Positions 37,966 to 47,305 of a stretch of 64,000 nt of DNA are shown here, one piece after another. The position numbers were made by a program, and so were the translations under genes. The notes beneath the pieces were generated by a model. That model worked only from the letters and a program-made list of their open reading frames with translations. It did no database searches and was not told the origin of the DNA. Source of the DNA: Patescibacteria group bacterium (GTDB taxonomy: Bacteria; Bacillota; UBA4882; JAAYXC01); contig JBLNBS010000070.1 of the NCBI GenBank assembly GCA_050260175.1, positions 3,379 through 67,378 of the forward strand, written 5' to 3'. Numbering within the stretch: position 1 is the stretch's first letter; every line of letters begins with the position of its first letter.

Positions 37966-38225
37966 CGCACGGACCTCCTTTTACTGGTCCAATCGACTGG
38001 CATGTATCGTGCTCGTAGCTATAATCGTCCAGACACCCGATGACGAACACCGCTCTGGTGGCACATGACTTTTCTCATCCGTTCGTGGAAGGATGGGCTG
38101 ACTCCTGCCGGGCGGCGCGTCCCTGAGGGGTTAAACGAACTGCTGATGCGCAGAGGTCGGGCGCAGTATATCGCGCCCTAACACAGGTCCGACGGATACG
38201 CAATACGATCTTACGCATCCGCCTC

Positions 38226-39626
38226 TCACCATCTCTCGGCCGTTTTGAGCCTCTCCCTCAGGCTCAGCATGGCCGTGTAGGTGGCCAGGACGTAGAGGGG
38301 CCCGGTGCCGGTGGCGGCCAGGCGCAGGCCGCGGCGGATGCGGGGCAGGATGGCGATCCGCTCGGGGGGCAGGCCGGAGTAACGCAGGCGGACGGCCAGG
38401 TCCAGGGCGCGGCGGCCGGAGACGAGCACCCGCCCGGGCGGGCCGTTCCTCTGCCAAAAGCCCTCGAAATCCACGTCCCAGAGCCAGGAGACGTCGCGGC
38501 CGTCCGCCGTGAGGTCGTTGATGGCAAACCACAGATCGGCGGCCCGCCGGGGCGAGATGGTCTCCAGGATCGCGTTGGCCCCGGCCGGGTTCTTGATCAG
38601 GAAGAGCCTGAGCTCGCGGCCGCCCAGCCGCTGCCTTTCGCCCCGGCCGTAACAGGGCGCGGCCGAGGAGAGGCCGGCGGCGGCCTCCTCCGGCCGCACC
38701 CCGTGGCTGACCGCGGCCGCGGCGGCCGCCAGGGCGTTGTAGACGTTGTGGAGCCCGGGCAGGGGCAGGCGCGCGGCGATCTCCTCCCCTCCCAGGTCCA
38801 GGCGGAGCGCGAACCCCTCGCCCCCGGGATCCGGGGCCAGGCCCGCCAGCCCGGCCTGGCGCGCGGGACGCGCGAGGCCGCAGGACGGGCAGTGCCAGTC
38901 CCCGCAATGGCCTAGAAAGATGCGGTTGTAAGCCAGCTCGGCGCCGCAGGACTCGCAGGCAAAGTGCTCCAGGGGCGGAGACCATGCGCCGGCAAGCTCC
39001 GCGTCCAGACCGTAGTACGAGACCCCGGCCCGGCCGGAACCCAGGCGGGCCACGCCGGGATCGTCGGCATTGAGGATCAGGGCCGGCGGGGGCTCAAGCC
39101 CGGCCAGGGCGCGCCCCAGCCGGGCGGCCATCGCGTCCAGCTCCCCGTATCGATCCAGTTGATCCCGGCAGAAATTCGTCAGGATCACGGTCTCGGGCCG
39201 CAGGCGGTCGGCCAGCCGCGCCAGGGCCGCCTCGTCGACCTCGAGAATGAAGGTGGCCGAAGCCCCGCTGGGCGGGCGCAGCGGAAGCCGCGTCAGGATG
39301 GCGGTCAAAAGGCCGCTTTCAAGGTTTGCGCCGCTGTCGTTGAGCAGCGCCCGCCGGCCGGAGCGCGCGAGCAGATGGTGCAGGAGATGGGCCGTGGTGG
39401 TCTTGCCGTTGGTCCCGCTGACGAGGATGAAGCGAAGCCAGGGCAGTTCGGCCACGGCCCGCCAGAGGCCCGGCAGGAGCCTCGCCGCGATCCTCCCCGG
39501 CAGGGTGCTGCCGTGCCCCAGGCGCAGGGCGCGCAGGCAAGAGGCGAGCGTCCGGGCCAGAATCGCCGCCGCAAGCAGGGCTGGAGCCAGGCCCCCTCTC
39601 CGATTGGCGGCGGGACGGAGGTATAG
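38226..39626 (-). CDS. murT: Lipid II isoglutaminyl synthase subunit MurT (Mur-ligase family); the 5' end is uncertain
   Basis: VSGTNGKTTT P-loop, Mur-ligase central domain, and a C-terminal Cys4 ribbon (CESCG...CPSCG, the DUF1727 signature). The conserved N-terminal GSTLPGRIAARL is encoded upstream of the first in-frame GTG. Confidence 0.65.
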   Translation of the reverse strand, partial: LYLRPAANRRGGLAPALLAAAILARTLASCLRALRLGHGSTLPGRIAARLLPGLWRAVAELPWLRFILVSGTNGKTTTAHLLHHLLARSGRRALLNDSGANLESGLLTAILTRLPLRPPSGASATFILEVDEAALARLADRLRPETVILTNFCRDQLDRYGELDAMAARLGRALAGLEPPPALILNADDPGVARLGSGRAGVSYYGLDAELAGAWSPPLEHFACESCGAELAYNRIFLGHCGDWHCPSCGLARPARQAGLAGLAPDPGGEGFALRLDLGGEEIAARLPLPGLHNVYNALAAAAAAVSHGVRPEEAAAGLSSAAPCYGRGERQRLGGRELRLFLIKNPAGANAILETISPRRAADLWFAINDLTADGRDVSWLWDVDFEGFWQRNGPPGRVLVSGRRALDLAVRLRYSGLPPERIAILPRIRRGLRLAATGTGPLYVLATYTAMLSLRERLKTAERW

Positions 39627-39630
39627 ATCT

Positions 39631-40356
39631 TTAAAAACGCGCCAGGGCGGCCAGATGCGCCTCGACCTCCAGATCGCCCTCCTCCGGCGGGGGGAGGGGA
39701 CAAGTGCCGTACCGCCGGGCCAGAGCCAGGTCGAGGAGGTAATCGGCGAGATGGGGATTGAGGGCCAGGACCGGCCCGTGCAAATAGGTGCCGAGGCAGT
39801 TTAGGTGAACCGCGCCCTCGCCGCCGTCCAGGCCATTATTGCCGTGCCCGTGCAGGACCGTGCCGAGCGGGGCGGTCTCGCCCAGGTAGGTCCGGCCGGC
39901 ATGGTTCTCGAAACCCGCTAGAGTGGGCCGGGCGAGACCCGGGAGAGACGCGCGCAAGGCGATGTTGCCCACCAGGCGGCCCGGCTCGGCCACGGTCACG
40001 AGATCGAAAAGGCCCAAGCCGGCCAGGCGCTCGCCGCCAGCGGTCTGGTAGTAATGCCCTAATAACTGGTAGGTGCCGCAAACGGCCAGTAACGGGAGCC
40101 CGTCGTGGACCGCCGCGATCAACTCGCGCCCGTGCCTCAGGAGATCGGGCTGGATCAGCCTCTGCTCGCGATCCTGGCCGCCGCCGCCCACGGTGAGGTC
40201 CAAGAGGCCGTAACGTGGGCGGCTGCCGGGTTCGATGGACGAGAGGGTGACGGCGATACCCCGCCTCTCCGCCCGCCGGGCGAGGATCATGGCGTTGCCC
40301 CGGTCGCCGTACAGGCTCATGAGTGAGGGATAGAGCAAGCCCAGTCGCAGTTCCAC
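39631..40356 (-). CDS. gatD: Glutamine amidotransferase GatD (CobB/CobQ-like type 1 GATase), partner of MurT
   Basis: GATase-1 motifs LAVCGTYQLLG and HG..NG; 241 aa. The GTG start is preceded by GAGGAGG. Confidence 0.7.
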   Translation of the reverse strand: MELRLGLLYPSLMSLYGDRGNAMILARRAERRGIAVTLSSIEPGSRPRYGLLDLTVGGGGQDREQRLIQPDLLRHGRELIAAVHDGLPLLAVCGTYQLLGHYYQTAGGERLAGLGLFDLVTVAEPGRLVGNIALRASLPGLARPTLAGFENHAGRTYLGETAPLGTVLHGHGNNGLDGGEGAVHLNCLGTYLHGPVLALNPHLADYLLDLALARRYGTCPLPPPEEGDLEVEAHLAALARF

Positions 40357-40515
40357 TCCGGCCCTCCTCGTGGAGATAATTGAGAGCCCGTTGCCGCTGA
40401 TGCCATGAGATCCCGATCTATTATGCCCCGCCGGGCCGCGCAGGAGATGGCGCCGCCGCGGCGAAATAAGAATCTTGCGGGCACGGGCGCAGACGCGCGC
40501 GAGGAGTGAGAGGCC

Positions 40516-41322
40516 GTGCATCCACTGGCATTCTTTTACAGCCTGGCGGGCTTGCGGTATTATCCTCTCCTGGTCCGGGGGGGAGTGAGGCGGGCCCTCC
40601 GCTACCTGCTCCTGCTCGTCCTTTTCGTGGTGATCGTCTTTGGCGCCAGGAACTACGTGCGGGTGGGGAGGGTGCTGGCCGCGGTCGCGGAGGACATGGC
40701 CGGCTGGCCCGATTTCAGCCTGCGGGACGGGCGCCTTTCCTTCAAGGGCCGCATGCCATACTACGCATACAGCGGGAACACGGTCTATCTCATCGACACC
40801 ACCGGCGCGACGGGGCCGGAGGCGTTGAATCGCTATACCAACGGTTTCCTGCTCACCGCCACCCATGTCTACCTCAAGGATCCGCTCTTCCCCTCGACGC
40901 CGATCGCCTGGCGCGACCTGCCTTTCGAAACGACCCGCGACCGGCTGGCCGGCAGCCTGGGCCGTTTGTTCTGGCCTATTTTCGCCTTGGTCGTTCTCTA
41001 TCTGCTGCTCGGCAACCTGGCGGGCAAGGCCTTGGCCGCGTGCGTGCTGGGCCTGGCGGGCTGGCTGGCCACGGGCTGCCGCGGACTCACCTACGGCCAG
41101 TCGCTGGCCGCGGCGGCTTACGCCCTGACCGGGCCCACACTCCTGGCGATCGCCAAGAACCTGTTCTTTCCCCATGCGCCGGCGGCGCGGTATTTCGGCT
41201 GGTTGTACTGGGGCCTGGCCGCGGCCTGGACCATCCTGGCGGTCCTGCGCGTCAAGCGGAGCATGGCGCCTGCGGCAGGGGCCGGGCAGGCAGGGGATGA
41301 TCGGGATTTGGACTTGATCTAG
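40516..41322 (+). CDS. Integral membrane protein (DUF1189-like?)
   Basis: Multiple transmembrane helices; coding-like composition. Confidence 0.4.
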   Translation: MHPLAFFYSLAGLRYYPLLVRGGVRRALRYLLLLVLFVVIVFGARNYVRVGRVLAAVAEDMAGWPDFSLRDGRLSFKGRMPYYAYSGNTVYLIDTTGATGPEALNRYTNGFLLTATHVYLKDPLFPSTPIAWRDLPFETTRDRLAGSLGRLFWPIFALVVLYLLLGNLAGKALAACVLGLAGWLATGCRGLTYGQSLAAAAYALTGPTLLAIAKNLFFPHAPAARYFGWLYWGLAAAWTILAVLRVKRSMAPAAGAGQAGDDRDLDLI

Positions 41323-41559
41323 AGGCGTCGTGAACAACCCATTTTCGACCGGTAAACAAGTAAAACATGGAACGTTATCACATGATTTACATGATTAACA
41401 GGATTAACGAGATTCGGGATCTACGGTCATTGACAAAGACGATTAATAGACAAAGAATTCGTGTAAATCCTGCAAATCATGTTAATCCTGTCAAATATTG
41501 TTCTAATTCGATCTGGTTGTGACGTTACTGTAGAAAGCAAAGTACGGGGAGATGGGCGG

Positions 41560-42540
41560 ATGCCGGCCAACCTCACCCCGCAGTACATGGCGGCCGAGGC
41601 GGCTTTTAAGGAAGCCAGGACCACGGAGGAGAAGATTCACGCCCTCGAAGAGATGCTGGCCGTCATCCCCAAGCACAAGGGCACCGAGAAACTGCAGGCC
41701 GAGATCAAGAGCCGCCTGGCCAAGCTCAGGCAGGGCAAGGAGCAGGCCTCCGCGGCCAAGGGTCCGGATCCGTTTCACGTGCCGCGCGAGGGCGCCGGGC
41801 AGGTGGCGCTCGCGGGGTACCCCAACACGGGCAAGTCCTCGCTTCTTGCCGCCTTGAGCAGGGCCAAGGTCGCCGTGGGGGATTACCCCTTTACCACCGC
41901 CCTGCCCCAGGCTGGGATGGTGCCTTTCGAGGATGTCCAGATCCAGCTCGTGGACACGCCTCCGGTCCTGGCCCAGGAAATGCCGAGCGGCCTGGCGGGC
42001 ACCCTGCGTATGGCCGACGCGCTGCTCATCGTCGTCGACCTGGCCACGGACGAGTGCCTGGAGCAGCTCGAGGGCACCCTGGCCATCCTGCGGCAGCGCC
42101 ACATCCTGCGCAGCGAGGACGAGTACGAGGCGCCGCACACCAAGGCCATGGCGGACTGCCTGATCGCGGGCAACAAGAGCGACGCGGAGGGCAGCGGGGA
42201 GCGCCTGGGCATCCTCGGGGATCTGCTCCCGCCCGGCACGGAGATCCGCCCCGTTTCGACCAGGACCGGCGCGGGGCTGGCGGAGTTGCCGCACCGCCTC
42301 TTTGACCTCCTGGGCGCGATCAGGGTCTACAGCAAGCTGCCGGGCCGGGAACCGGATCTCCGGGCGCCCTTCACCCTGCCGCGGGGGAGCACGGTGCTGG
42401 ACATGGCCGCGGCCGTGCACCGCGACTTTCCGTCCCGCCTCAAGAACGCGCGCCTGTGGGGCTCGGCGCGCTTTCCCGGCCAGTCCGTGCCCAGGGACTA
42501 CGTCCTGGCTGATCGGGATATCGTGGAGTTGCACGTCTAG
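41560..42540 (+). CDS. Obg/DRG-family GTPase with a C-terminal TGS domain
   Basis: G1 [10 protein letters not shown]2 FTT, G3 DTPP, G4 NKSD, then a TGS-like C-terminus (IRVYSK...[15 protein letters not shown]). Confidence 0.65.
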   Translation: MPANLTPQYMAAEAAFKEARTTEEKIHALEEMLAVIPKHKGTEKLQAEIKSRLAKLRQGKEQASAAKGPDPFHVPREGAGQVALAGYPNTGKSSLLAALSRAKVAVGDYPFTTALPQAGMVPFEDVQIQLVDTPPVLAQEMPSGLAGTLRMADALLIVVDLATDECLEQLEGTLAILRQRHILRSEDEYEAPHTKAMADCLIAGNKSDAEGSGERLGILGDLLPPGTEIRPVSTRTGAGLAELPHRLFDLLGAIRVYSKLPGREPDLRAPFTLPRGSTVLDMAAAVHRDFPSRLKNARLWGSARFPGQSVPRDYVLADRDIVELHV

Positions 42541-42567
42541 AATCACATCATTCCAGAGGTGGCACTC

Positions 42568-42822
42568 ATGCGTGAACTCCCCATCATCGCCGTCTTGCTC
42601 GGCGCCGGGGCGATGGGTTGTCTTGCCTGGCCAAGGCTGGCCGGGCTGATGTCAAAGAGGACGGCGACGGCCGTCCGGCTGGCCCTCGCCGTGGCGGCGG
42701 TCCTGGCTGCCCTGGATTTTGCCAGGCCCTGGGTCTTCCCATTGGCGTTGGGATTGTTCGTGGGGAGCTATCTCGCGCACGAGGCCGCCAGGCCTGGTTC
42801 AGGTCCGGCGCCGGGAACCTGA
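42568..42822 (+). CDS. Small membrane protein (hypothetical)
   Basis: Two hydrophobic helices. Weak call. Confidence 0.2.
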   Translation: MRELPIIAVLLGAGAMGCLAWPRLAGLMSKRTATAVRLALAVAAVLAALDFARPWVFPLALGLFVGSYLAHEAARPGSGPAPGT

Positions 42823-42862
42823 GACGAACTCCGGCTATCTTCCTCACGGGTGGGATGACCGC

Positions 42863-44683
42863 TCAGCCCGCGCCGGCGTAGCCGAAAGCTCCCTCCTCGT
42901 CCGGGAACTGGCTGCGGTAGAGCCGCGCGTAGAGCCCGTCCGCGGCCAGGAGAGACTCGTGGTCCCCTTCCTCCGAGACACCGCCGCCGTCGATGACCAG
43001 GATCCGATCGGCCCGCCTGATGGTGGAGAGGCGATGGGCGACGATAAAGGCCGTCCTGCCCGTCAGGAGCAGGTCCAACGCCTCCTGGAGCCGCCTCTCG
43101 GTCTGCGAGTCAACGTTGGCCGTGGCCTCGTCGAGGACGAGCAGGCGCGGATCCGCCACCAGGGCGCGGGCAAAGGCGATCAGCTGGCGCTGGCCCACGG
43201 AAAGGCGCGAACCGCGCTCGTTGACAAAGGTGTCGTAGCCTTTGGGCAGGCCGGCGATGAAATCGTGGATCCCCACCGCCCGGGCGGCGGCCTCGATCTC
43301 CGCGCGCGACGCGTCGGGCCGCCCGTAGCGGATATTCTCGTGAATGGTGGCGGAAAAGATGAAGGTTTCCTGGAGGACCACGGCCAGGTTGCGCCGGAGG
43401 TCGGCGAAGGAGATCCGCCGCAGGTCGATGCCGTCGAGCAGGATCCGGCCGGCGGTCGGGTCGTAGAACCGGCAGAGCAGGTTGATGATGGTCGTCTTGC
43501 CGGCGCCGGTGGGTCCGACCAGGGCGATGATCTCGCCGGGGGCCGCCTCGAGGTCAAAGTCACGCAGCACGGGCCGGTCCGGCTCGTAGCCAAAGCTGAC
43601 CCGCTCGAAGCGCACCGCGCCAGCGGCCCTGCGCAGGCGTACGGGTTCGGCTGCCTCGGCCACCTCCGGCCGTTCGTCCAGAAAGTCGAAGATGCGCTCG
43701 CAGGAGGCCATGGCGGCGTTGATGAGGTTGTAGAGATTCCCCAGGTTCTGTATGGGCTGGAAGAAGCGGTTGATGTAGCTGGTATAGGCCACCAGGACCC
43801 CGATGGTCAGCGAGCCTGAAAGGACGAGCCAGCCGCCGAGGCCGAGGACGAGCACGTTGCCCAGGACGGCCAGCATGCCGATGGCCGGCCAAAAGAACGC
43901 CACCACGGGCACCACGGACTGCAGGGCCTCGGCGAGCGAGCCGTTCGTGCGGCGGAAGAGCGCCGCGTTTTCAGTCTCGCGGCCAAAGGCCTGGGTGACG
44001 CGGATCCCGCTGATTGTCTCGTTGAGATTGGCGTTGACGTTCGAGATCCGCCTGCGGATCTCGCGGTAGCCCCGGATCATCTTTTGCCGGACAAAAACCG
44101 CCAGCCAGGCCGTGAGCGGCAGGGTCAGAAAGAGGATCAATGTCAGCCGCCGGTCGAGGTAGATCATGACGGCAAGGATGCCGATGAGGGTAAAGATGTC
44201 GGCCACGACGGTGACCAGGCCGGAGCCGAGCAACTCCTGCAGGGAGTTGACGTCGTTGGTCACCCTCGTCAGGATGCGGCCGACCTTGCGCCGGTCGTAG
44301 AAACGCAGGGAGAGCCTCTGGAGGTGGTCGAACAGCTCCTGCCTGAGGTCGAAGACCGCGTCCTGGCCCGTCCGGATCATGAGGTACGACTGCGCGTACC
44401 CCGCGAGCCACTGCACGGTGATGGCGATGAGGTACAGGAGAGCCACGGGCACGAGGCCTCCGGCATTCCCCCGGCCGATGCAGCCGTCGATCCCCACCTT
44501 GAGCAGGTACGGGCCCACGAGCGCGCTGCCGAGCACCACGAAGGAGAGTGCGATGGTCAGGAGCACGCGGCGGCGGTAAGGGCGCAGGTAGCCGAGGAGG
44601 CGCAAGAAGAGGCTCCGGCTGAAGGAGCGCGTTTCCTGCTCGTCGTCCTCGTAGGCCACGAGCCCGCGCGGCGGGGCGGTCAT
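42863..44683 (-). CDS. ABC transporter permease/ATP-binding protein (type I exporter half-transporter)
   Basis: Six-helix transmembrane domain followed by NBD motifs GPTGAGKTT, LSVGQRQ and LVLDEATA. Confidence 0.85.
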   Translation of the reverse strand: MTAPPRGLVAYEDDEQETRSFSRSLFLRLLGYLRPYRRRVLLTIALSFVVLGSALVGPYLLKVGIDGCIGRGNAGGLVPVALLYLIAITVQWLAGYAQSYLMIRTGQDAVFDLRQELFDHLQRLSLRFYDRRKVGRILTRVTNDVNSLQELLGSGLVTVVADIFTLIGILAVMIYLDRRLTLILFLTLPLTAWLAVFVRQKMIRGYREIRRRISNVNANLNETISGIRVTQAFGRETENAALFRRTNGSLAEALQSVVPVVAFFWPAIGMLAVLGNVLVLGLGGWLVLSGSLTIGVLVAYTSYINRFFQPIQNLGNLYNLINAAMASCERIFDFLDERPEVAEAAEPVRLRRAAGAVRFERVSFGYEPDRPVLRDFDLEAAPGEIIALVGPTGAGKTTIINLLCRFYDPTAGRILLDGIDLRRISFADLRRNLAVVLQETFIFSATIHENIRYGRPDASRAEIEAAARAVGIHDFIAGLPKGYDTFVNERGSRLSVGQRQLIAFARALVADPRLLVLDEATANVDSQTERRLQEALDLLLTGRTAFIVAHRLSTIRRADRILVIDGGGVSEEGDHESLLAADGLYARLYRSQFPDEEGAFGYAGAG

Positions 44684-45387
44684 CGGCTTGTCCTCCTGCT
44701 TCTGAAGGATTTGGACGGCGGATTTATGTTTTTTATATCGTATAAACGGCCTTAGGTCAACAGTTAGGGTCTCCGGGAGGCGCTACCCGCCCTCCCGGAC
44801 CCTCCCGGGCCAAGGGGTTGTGCCGGCAACCCCTTGGAACCCCCCGGCCGGAACCAAGGTTCCTGGACCTCCTTATCCTTGGGATGGTGGGACGTCACCA
44901 TCCTTGGCTCCTCGACGTTAATAAGGTTCCGCGCCCTCCGGGCGCTCCAGACCTATGATGGTCCACGCTGCCGACGGCGGGACCGCATCCAGCGGTCTAC
45001 GCCGCGTGGCTCGGCATCCTGCCTGCGCCGGGAGCACCCCAGGATGGGGTGCCGTTTACAGTAGCAGGAGGCTGGCAACTGCGCCGGGTGCGCCGGACTC
45101 AGCTTCTTCGACACTGCTTGCGGCCTCAGAGACGAGCAGATCAAGGAGCAAGGAAGTCTGGTCGCTAATTGTACATCCCTGTACTTAGCGACTTTAACCC
45201 ATCCTGGGTCTGAGAGCGCAAGCGTACTCAATGTACGCTGAGCACCGGAACGACGCAGCGACGAAGAGATGCGAAGTCTATCAGGCCGCACCGGCGCACC
45301 CGGCGCCGTTCTAAAGTTTACCAAAGCCTAAACACAAGGCCGTTTATACGACACCTTCTTCCAAGGCCGTTGCACGGTTTCAAAGCT

Positions 45388-47118
45388 CTAAGCCCGCTTT
45401 AACTGCAGATCGTACAGCTCCCGGTAGAAACGGTTCCGCTCGTACAGGCAGGCGTGGTTACCGCTGTCCAGCAACCGTCCGCCCTGCAGGACGAGGATCT
45501 GGTCCGCCAGCCTGATGGTGGAGAGGCGCTGGGCGATGATAAAGGTCGTGCGCCCTCTGACCGCGGCTTGCAAGGCCCGCTGGATGGCCTGTTCCGTCTC
45601 GGTGTCCACGCTGGCCGTGGCGTCGTCCAGGATGAGGACGCGGGGATCGCAGATCAGCGCCCGGGCCAGCGCCACCCGCTGTTTTTGCCCGCCCGAAAGC
45701 CCCAGGCCGCGTTCGCCCACGAGCGTCTCGTAGCCCTTGGGCAGGCCGGCGATGAAGTCGTGTATCTGGGCCGCCCTGGCCGCGCGCTCGATCTCGTCCT
45801 GGGTCGCGTCGGGCTTGCCAAAGGCGATGTTCGCGGCAATGGTGGTGGAAAAGAGGAACGTCTCCTGCAGCACGGTGCCGATCGACTTGCGCCAGGCGTG
45901 CAGGTCGAGGCGGCTAAGATCCGCGCCGTCCACCAGGATGCGGCCGCCGGTGGGGGCGTAAAAACGGGGGATGAGGTTGACCAGGGTCGTCTTGCCCGAG
46001 CCGGTCAGGCCGAGGAGGGCGATCTTTTCCCCGGCGCGCGCGGTGAAACTGACGTCGCTCAGGATGGGTTCCTCGCCGTAGGAAAAGGAGACGCGCTCGA
46101 ACCTGATCTCGCACGCGGCGGCCGGAGGGGTTAACGGGGAGGGGGCCAGGGCGATCTCCGGCGCGGCGTGCAGGATCTCGGCCAGGCGGAGCGCGGCCCC
46201 TTCCGCCTGTTTCCAGGTGTTGATGGTGGGGCCCAGGGCCCAGATCGGCCAGGCCAAGAGCCCGAGATAGAAATGGAAGGAGACGAAGATCCCCAGCGTG
46301 ACCTCGCGTGCGATCACCTGGCGCCCGCCGAAATAGAGCACGCACAGGGTGCCCAGGCCGTTGAAGAAGCCGAACAGAGGGCCGTAGAAGGCATGCAGGC
46401 GGGAGACCTCCATGTTGCGGAGGCGCATCCGGTCGTTCTCCCGGCGGAACTTGGCCATCTCCGTGCCTTCCGCGCCGAAGGCCCTGACGACCCGTACGCC
46501 CGCGATATTCTCCTGGGCGGCCACGTTGAGCCTGGCCGCCTGCTCCTGGCGGGACACGACGCCGCGCCGCACGGCGCGCCCGAACCGCCCGACGCAGAGG
46601 GCCACCGGGGGCAGGATGACGGAGTAGACGAGGGCCAGCTGCCAGTCGAGGCTATAGAGGACGGCGGTGGCGGCAAGGAGCACCACGAGGATGTTCACGC
46701 CGTGGCTGACGCCAAAGGCGAAGAAATTGCGGACGAACTCGATGTCCTGGGTGAGGCGGGACATCAGATCACCCGTGGGCGTGCGGTCAAAGTAGGAGAA
46801 GGAGAGTTCCTGCAGATGCTCGTAGAGCGCTTGTCTGAGGTCGGTGACGATGCGGTTGGCGGAACTCTCGTAGAGCGTGATCTGGACAAAGCCCAAGACG
46901 AGCCTAGCCGCGCCGAGTGCCAGGATCAGAGCGAGGCGGAAGAGGAGGAGCGGCAGCCTGACGCCGGCCGCCAGGCCGTCGACGGCGCGGCCGATCAGGA
47001 GGGGGATACCGAAGCTCGCGGACTGGTTGCAGAGGAGGAGCAGGGTTGCCAGGAAAAAACGGCCCCGATACGGCCGAAAAAAGTCGCGCAACATCCGAAA
47101 GACCGGCACGCACCGCAC
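45388..47118 (-). CDS. ABC transporter permease/ATP-binding protein (probable heterodimer partner)
   Basis: Transmembrane domain followed by NBD motifs GLTGSGKTT, LSGGQKQR and LILDDATS. Confidence 0.85.
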   Translation of the reverse strand: MRCVPVFRMLRDFFRPYRGRFFLATLLLLCNQSASFGIPLLIGRAVDGLAAGVRLPLLLFRLALILALGAARLVLGFVQITLYESSANRIVTDLRQALYEHLQELSFSYFDRTPTGDLMSRLTQDIEFVRNFFAFGVSHGVNILVVLLAATAVLYSLDWQLALVYSVILPPVALCVGRFGRAVRRGVVSRQEQAARLNVAAQENIAGVRVVRAFGAEGTEMAKFRRENDRMRLRNMEVSRLHAFYGPLFGFFNGLGTLCVLYFGGRQVIAREVTLGIFVSFHFYLGLLAWPIWALGPTINTWKQAEGAALRLAEILHAAPEIALAPSPLTPPAAACEIRFERVSFSYGEEPILSDVSFTARAGEKIALLGLTGSGKTTLVNLIPRFYAPTGGRILVDGADLSRLDLHAWRKSIGTVLQETFLFSTTIAANIAFGKPDATQDEIERAARAAQIHDFIAGLPKGYETLVGERGLGLSGGQKQRVALARALICDPRVLILDDATASVDTETEQAIQRALQAAVRGRTTFIIAQRLSTIRLADQILVLQGGRLLDSGNHACLYERNRFYRELYDLQLKRA

Positions 47119-47305
47119 CTCCGCCTGGATTCAAGGGGTATCGTAGCACGGGTGGTAAAGCTTGTCAATCGACCGGGATGATTGTTTTACGGACAACCGG
47201 GCCGAATTGCGCGGATCTGTCCCATGGCGTACGGCGGGCGCGCTATGGCGCACAAAGAAGCCGGGCAGGAACTCCGCTCCGCAGGGGCGAATTCGGTGAA
47301 GCGGG

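Noticed and set aside
39631-41337. 568-aa minus-strand ORF in the track
   Set aside because: Only the 3' 726 nt (GatD, GTG start at 40356 with GAGGAGG) is protein-like. The upstream portion is antisense to the plus-strand membrane protein gene 40516-41322.
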